Source of the DNA: Entomortierella parvispora E1425
Lineage: Eukaryota; Fungi; Mortierellomycota
Reading direction: 5' to 3'
Length of the DNA: 64,000 nucleotides
Assembly (NCBI GenBank): GCA_020891255.1
Contig: BQFW01000011.1
Span: 372,001-436,000 of the forward strand
The position numbers were made by a program, and so were the translations under genes. A model generated the notes under the pieces. It was given only the letters and a program-made list of their open reading frames with translations, searched no databases and was not told the origin of the DNA. Shown piece by piece: positions 57,699-64,000 of the stretch (positions within the stretch are counted from its first letter, which is position 1; each line of letters opens with the position of its first letter).

Positions 57699-59924
57699 TT
57701 ATTGAAGGCCTAGAGCTCCATCTGGATCTGCAGGGTTAAAAATTATATCTGAAATCAATGGTGGAGTCTCATCCTCGCTTTCTACCTGTGCTCCCTGATA
57801 ATCGGGTGCTTGTGTGAGTGGAATGGGAAGCTCCAACTCTGCTTCGCTATTTTCCTCGAGATCAACGTTCATTTTCGATAGAGAAAAATTTTGGGGTGCG
57901 AGTGGCGGTGATGGTGTGATCGAAGCCGCACTGTGAATTATGTTTAACAAACTGGATCTCTTCCCGTCTAATTTGCCTGAAGTTGTCGTCATATTCCCAA
58001 AGTTTGATCCAGATCCAGACCCCAAGAACCCATAAGTTGGAGCCCTGAAATCTCTGGAAACACGTGCATCGTTGTCCTCATCAATCTGGAGCAGGACTTC
58101 AGCGGCTTCTATCTGCGCACGCGAATGACTGGATTTCAAGTGTGGTGTTGATCTCTGCGTTTGAATTCCGGACTCCAGCAGAATTGATCCTTGTTCTCTT
58201 CCATAAGCCGGAGGAGGGACAAGAGAGCCGCTTGTAGGAGCTAGCCCCCACTTTTTAACATTTGCCTCCACAAAGACGAATCCAGACTGTCCAAAGTTTA
58301 CATGAAGTACGCATGAGCCAGTTGCACCGACCGTGGGGAACAAGTTGGCTATAGACGAAGGGGAGATCGAGTGGAGATCGAGCGGCGATGTTGTCCGAGG
58401 AGTGCCCCCAAACCCTATGTAGGCATCTTCTAATCGCTTGCCGTTCCTGGTAAAAAATATTGTGCCTGTGCGAGGTCGATATCCACAACCAACCACATCT
58501 CCTTCGTAGAAGCAAGGGGCATATGGATATCCCTGAAAGATGGAATTGCAATATTTGCTTCCGTCCCTTGAATTGTACGCGATCGAATGTCGACTCCAGC
58601 CTAAGAAAAGCGCGCGAGCAAGAGTTGTGATTAATATACTGAAGAAGAGAAAATGAGCAATGAGGGCCACTAACCAGGTAATCGGGTGTGAGGATAAGGT
58701 TTGGTGGCAACGCCAACTGCGACCACAATATCTGGGCCCTTCTCGAACATCTTGACCTCCCAGTAATATACTTCCTGAATCTTTGGCATAGGAAGGTTTG
58801 TCTGAACAGAGGCTTCGTTATCTGCCATTGGTGGAAAAGAGATCTCAATCCCATCATGGACCTGCACATGGACTCGCTGCCCTCTGTGTTGCGGTGGTTG
58901 TCCAGATGCCGATGCTCTGGGTCGCTCCTGTGGTTGTGAATATTCCAATGAGGCTAATGAGATGAACGCCTCCTCAAACTCCCAAGCGGAAACACCTTTT
59001 TCTTGGATCGAGATATATTGCGCGAGTGTAATATCTGTAGGTACCGAGAATGGAGGATGTTTTGCAAGGAAGGCTGGTGAGGGGCAATAAACGGTTAGAA
59101 ACTCTGGTGAAGCTATGCCATCGCCATCCTAGACTTCAGTGCTGGGTGACAGAAAAAAACAGTGCGACAGTGCATGAGGCACGCGACACTCCGCAAAGCC
59201 TTCGAAAGAAACAGATTGCCATGGAGAGAGAGAAAAGTTGGGCAAGAGCAAAGTCATTATGGTGACATTCACCTTGAGCAGAGACATATGATCGTCGTTG
59301 TCCCTCTGTCATCAATGTCCAGCGTTCGTCCACTTCCTCAAACGTCTCCTCCGGGTCTGGGTCCGCGTCCTTTGGGTAGGTATGAGGCCCAATATAGTAA
59401 TGCTGTAAGATTCCTTCTGACTGATTATGAGTGTCGCTCGAGTGTCGTCCGCCAAAGCTAAAACCAAAATGAGAGTCAAGTAGAGCCCTCAGACCTCCTC
59501 TGTCACTGCCAGTGTCCTCGTTCTGTGCGGAAGTGCTAGAGGACGCCAAGGGTGGATTCATCCGTCTCGTACTATCGCAGTATGTCCTGATTAAGGAAGC
59601 CACGAAAACAAAGGCAGCCGTCGCTATGACTATGATCAACAGCCAAGTTGAATCCTCACTTCCTTCTACGCTGTCTTCATTCCCACCATTTGTCTCCTGA
59701 AGTTCTGGAGCCGACGGTGGCCAGAAGTCGAAACCAATGTCCGTGTTTGAAGGACGCTTCTTGTAAAGAGGCGGGACAATGTTTGAAGGCATTGTGTTCT
59801 CAGAAGAGGCCAAATGTACACCGGGTTCTCGCTGCCACCAGGTCAATGATTCCCAAGAAGATTCATCAGTTTGGTCATGCGATGTCCGCTGGCATAGTCT
59901 GCAAGAACGGGAAATGGGGGTCAT
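57699..59924 (-). CDS. SSH4: SSH4-like membrane-anchored SPRY-domain protein
   Basis: TM segment LLIIVIATAAFVFVASLI; YYWEVKMFEK, VGVATKPYP, GDVVGCGYRPRTGTIFFTRNGKRL; start uncertain. Confidence 0.82.
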
Positions 59925-60223
59925 CGTTTCGTTTTGAATTGTAAGAGGAATGCGGTTGAAACTTACGTACAGTAGTCGTGCAGAATGGGATTTTGGTGGC
60001 TTGTGGCTTCGATTGAGCACTGCTCAGTGTAAATGGTATAAGGCGGGATTTTTTTTGCTGTTAAGAAGTCGCGCTTTAATGGCTTGGTGTATCACAGTGA
60101 CCCATGGTCGCAGGATGGACGAGAGTATCTTTTAAAAGATGTGCCACTTGGGAGGCCTTTGGAATGCGGACTGTTGTGGGAACCCCTAACACAGCATTTT
60201 TGCTTGAATGTGCTCTGCATTGT

Positions 60224-61032
60224 TTATCGCGATTGTCTCTCTGCGATCGGATTAGCGTGAATCGTCGTAGATAGGATCCTGATCTGTTGTGTGGGTCTGT
60301 TCTTAGCGTCGACAGGTAATCTCTCGATTGCATCCAAAGTTGTGTCCAGTCCATCTATGACTTTGGCAAAAACGGTGTACTTTGTGTCCAAATGAGGTTG
60401 CTTGTCGTATGTAATAAAGAATTGGGATCCATTTGTATCCGGTCCCGAGTTCGCCATTGATACGATTCCTCTGCCTGTATGCTATAACCAGTGTATATAG
60501 ATAATAGATATATAGGGTAAGAGAATGTCAGAGGAAAACAGGTGAAAGAGCATTCTTCTAATCCACAGCTACTATCTTCACCTTCAAACCCCCGCGTAGC
60601 TCATCAGGAAACTTCTTTCCCCAGATAGAGTTGCCACCCTTGCCTGTTCCTGTTGGGTCTCCAGTTTGGACCATGAATCCTTTGATGTTCCTATGGAACA
60701 AATTATTGTCATAGTATCCGCTTGCGCAGAGAGCCAAGAAGTTCTAAGCATATATGAAGTACATTGGTTAATACAAGAGTAAATGGTGGTGTGACATGTT
60801 CTTCCGGTTCATACCTCCGCTGTTTTTGGGACGCTCTCGCAAAAGACTTCCAGCTTGAGGTCGCCCAGATCCGTGTGCAGCGTGACGGACTATAAAAAGT
60901 GTATTGGACAAGAGTGTGAGAGTTGCCCTGGCTAGGATGGACCATTCTTCATTCCCTCATTTCCATGACTTCATAAGTATGTCGCATGCTTAAAGCGAGT
61001 TCTCGTCCATATCCATTTGATGTCTTTACCAT
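60224..61032 (-). CDS. cyp10: Cyclophilin-type peptidyl-prolyl isomerase, PPIL3/Cyp10 type
   Basis: [52 protein letters not shown]; first exon (ATG only) inferred. Confidence 0.88.
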
Positions 61033-61154
61033 GACGATTCAATTGATGGTGGAGGAATAGAAGAATGTAGTCTACGGCTCCAGTCTGCATCAATGCAATG
61101 GCTCTTTTTGCAACTAAGCCACAAAGATTTTTGAGCCCATATCGCGAGATTTAT

Positions 61155-64000
61155 TTAGTCGAGGGACCCATGCTCGTCGTCGCTATCAACATGCCCAACC
61201 ATTCCTGGCAATAACTGCGGTGGTGTCATCCCTGGAGCCAAAAACTGGGCCAATGATGTTTCTGTCGAGAACTCTGAGGACGTTAAGAGGTTATCTGAAG
61301 ACAGATAATCATTGTTGTTTCTGTTGTAAGTGTTGTTGGTGTTGTGAGAAGAATGCATGGTGGATTCAATCGTGCTAATGCTACTTGTCGTTATGGAATG
61401 CTGGAGTTGCGATGTCGGGTAGTGCTGAAGTTGTGAGATTTGTTGAAGTTGCAACTGCACGCTTAATGGCAGAATACTGCTTTGAGAGTTGTCGTCACTG
61501 CCGGAAGACTGTGAGGTCTCAAGGACATTGGAGCTGAACGCTCGATTTTTGGATGGGGGACCAAATGTCCCACAGGCCGAGCCAAACGCACCAGACGTGA
61601 AAGTTGACGGTCCTGTCACTGATATTCCCACAGATGATAAAGCTGCTGCCATTCCGTTACTGCTACTTCCACTTCTTCCTCTCCCATCATTTTTGGTAGT
61701 AAAGGACAGCTGGCGACCGTGAGTTCGTATCGAGGCGACAGGCGATGGCTGTGGAAGAGTCGTTGATCGTAGCTGTCTCTGTTGCTGCTGCTGTTGACAT
61801 GTAAGACTATAACAATCTCGATTCAATTCCTTAGGCACTGGATCCAAAGATCCAGTACTCCTCCAAGTGCTCGCGTCGGTCTCGCCTGCAAGGTCTGCTG
61901 TTGTCGACTGCCTTCTAGAATGCGAAGGCGTCGAGTACTGGCTTACAGCTGGTGAAGATGACCTTGATGACTGTCGCGACCCATGTTCACCAAATAATGT
62001 CGAGTGCTTCAGCCTTCGATTTGCAGCTGCCTCGTCCCATTCTGAAGGCAGCCTCGACAAGGATGTTCGTCGGCCCCTGGCATGTAGCTCACCAATATTA
62101 TCTCCGTTTCCCTGACTTCTGAGGTTAACGGAGCCATCAGTCGAGTTTCTCCGATATTTCTTGAATGGGTTCAAGTCTTCGAAAACTGGATCTATTTTTG
62201 CGGTTCCAGTAAGCCATTTTGGCGAGTGACCCCGCTGCGCTGACAGGAGCCCTTGGCCCCCTGTCTCCTCATCCCAAGCTCTAGGCGATGAAGGTCGCGA
62301 CCCATCTAATCCTGGCATACCGTCCTGTAGGTGCTTGGGCCTGATTGGGAAAGGCGAATTTGTGTACTGTGCTCTAAACTCAGATGGAGACATTGGCCGG
62401 AGAGCTGGCGAACAAGACTGTCGAGCAGATGGTGATGATGGACCTCTCCTGGTTTCAGATCGCCCCCGAGTAAACACTGCTGAGCGAGACGGGTTGGTAG
62501 ATCCAGCCAAGTTATCAATCCGTAGAGGTGCCAGTTGTTTCCATCCCTCCGTTGTGAGGCGCCCTTGCCCTTCATAGGCGCCATCACGGTTACAGACGCC
62601 TTGAAGGGGCTTGACGTCTTCATCTTCAGACACGGTGCAGTGCAGACTGTTGGCCGAAGTTGATTGTACCGAGAGCTGATTAGCCCTCTCATCTTTCGGA
62701 TGGCTTTCAGGACCTCCGAGACAATCTAACTGTTGTTCCTCATCGAATGATCCCACCTCAGGGTCCTGAATCTCCGGTTTTGGCGAGCTAAGCATTCGCA
62801 CGCCAAGAATCAAGAGAGCAATTCCCAGGATGATTAACAGCAGAACCCAGGGTTGGTAGTCGGAAAACTGGTTCAAGTATATGATTGAATTAATTAATCC
62901 AAAAGTCGTGTAGAATCCATAGAACAATGGCACGACTAAAACAGAGTCATATAGCTTCAGTGCGGTGTTCAAGCACAAGACCTGAAAGACTGCTGTGAGG
63001 ATCAACAGGAACAAGATAAGGAAGCTAAGCGGATCCTGGAACGGACTCTTATGATTTTGGTCTCCCAGTAAAGCCCTTGGGGTTCCGGCACCTCCCATAC
63101 TGGCGCCTGGAATCGACGATGTTATCAATTTGATGCCACTCTTGGCTAAGAGTAAGGTCTGACTAGCCAATAGTCCACCACAAGTGGCCATAATCATGGC
63201 AACAACCTTCCTCATCCTCGTATCCCTAGCAGCCATCTCTCGCTCCTCGATTACCACGTCGTCCTGTTCCTCGTCTTCATGAAGGGTCAAACCACTGGCT
63301 CTGGCAAACCGACCTTTGCCAAGTAGAGCTGTCAACTTCAGCTTCATCTTCCTGCGGATCAATCGCTCTGTGTTCGGGTCCAAATGTGACTCATCCAAGG
63401 TGATAGTCCAATAGGCATATGTGCCCAGGCTCAAAACGGCGATGATGGCAAGATTCAGAATGGAGAAGTAGAGAATAAATAGTATCCTGGAGAAAAGAGC
63501 CTTGAGTTCGAGAATGGTGAGAGAATTTTCGACATCGGCACCTGCAGAGTTCATGCCGCCAAATGTTACAATCCACACAACGGAAGCCATAACCATGAAG
63601 GTACCCAGAATGTCCTGTCGTGTGATCCTAGTCCCGACCAGGATCTTTGCAAAGACGAAGTTGAATATCAAGGCCAGGGAGCCTAGTGGTGCAATCCACT
63701 GCGTTTTGAGAAAATCTAGACAGTGTACAAGCACATTTAGAAAGTATAATATCAGTGAGTCTATCACATACGCACGTTTAGTCTGTGCTTATCACCAGGA
63801 CACGAAACGCTTACTCAGAGCAATAGTACTCCCAAAGATCTGGCTGACAAGATAGAGTGCCAATCCTATAAGCCATCTTGGCCGGCTGCAGTCTTGTCGC
63901 TGTCTCTCCATTGCCAGGGCTCTGTTCCGAACATGGTCCAGTTTCAGCAAATTTAGCCCAGCTGCGTTCAAAATCGAGGATACGACAGACACCACTGTCC
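61155..64000 (-). CDS. NIPA/DUF803-type magnesium transporter family protein, 5' end outside the window
   Basis: IAPLGSLALIFNFVFAKILVG, QVLCLNTALKLYDSVLVVPLFYGFYT; long disordered C-terminal tail. Confidence 0.85.

Noticed and set aside
61760-61800. Short poly-Gln run in the NIPA-family tail
   Set aside because: Ordinary low-complexity sequence.

Overview
Eukaryotic DNA, most likely from a Mortierellaceae/Mucoromycota-type fungus (inferred from gene content and short GT-AG introns). Bases ~250-37,850 are a nest of Ty3/Gypsy chromodomain LTR retrotransposons from at least seven LTR families (my labels A-G), built on an IS630/Tc1-like transposon. Most junctions resolve to the base through target-site duplications (TSDs). 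The retroelements fall into two groups. One group (RT motif CVDYR; families C, C', F) has a tRNA-iMet-type primer-binding site (PBS), TGGTAGCAAAGG, and -1 frameshift signals. The other group (RT motif CLDPR; families A, B, D, and G by homology) has no tRNA PBS. In A, B and D the 5' LTR is followed by T7-8 plus 4-5 nt that complement the element's own LTR sequence 20-25 nt downstream of its poly(A) signal. This suggests reverse transcription primed by the element's own polyadenylated 3' end, and it is the main finding. Bases ~37,870-64,000 are host genes: casein kinase I, an unknown coiled-coil protein, Mrc1/claspin, tRNA-Arg(ACG), an F-box protein, a WDR7-like WD40 protein, an SSH4-like SPRY protein, a PPIL3-type cyclophilin and a NIPA-type Mg transporter. 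A small TE cluster at 45.7-48 kb holds a TTAA-flanked TIR element carrying a zinc-finger ORF, a MITE-like repeat, a poly(A) retro-insertion near the tRNA and a probable LINE fragment. All annotation is by eye; no searches were run.
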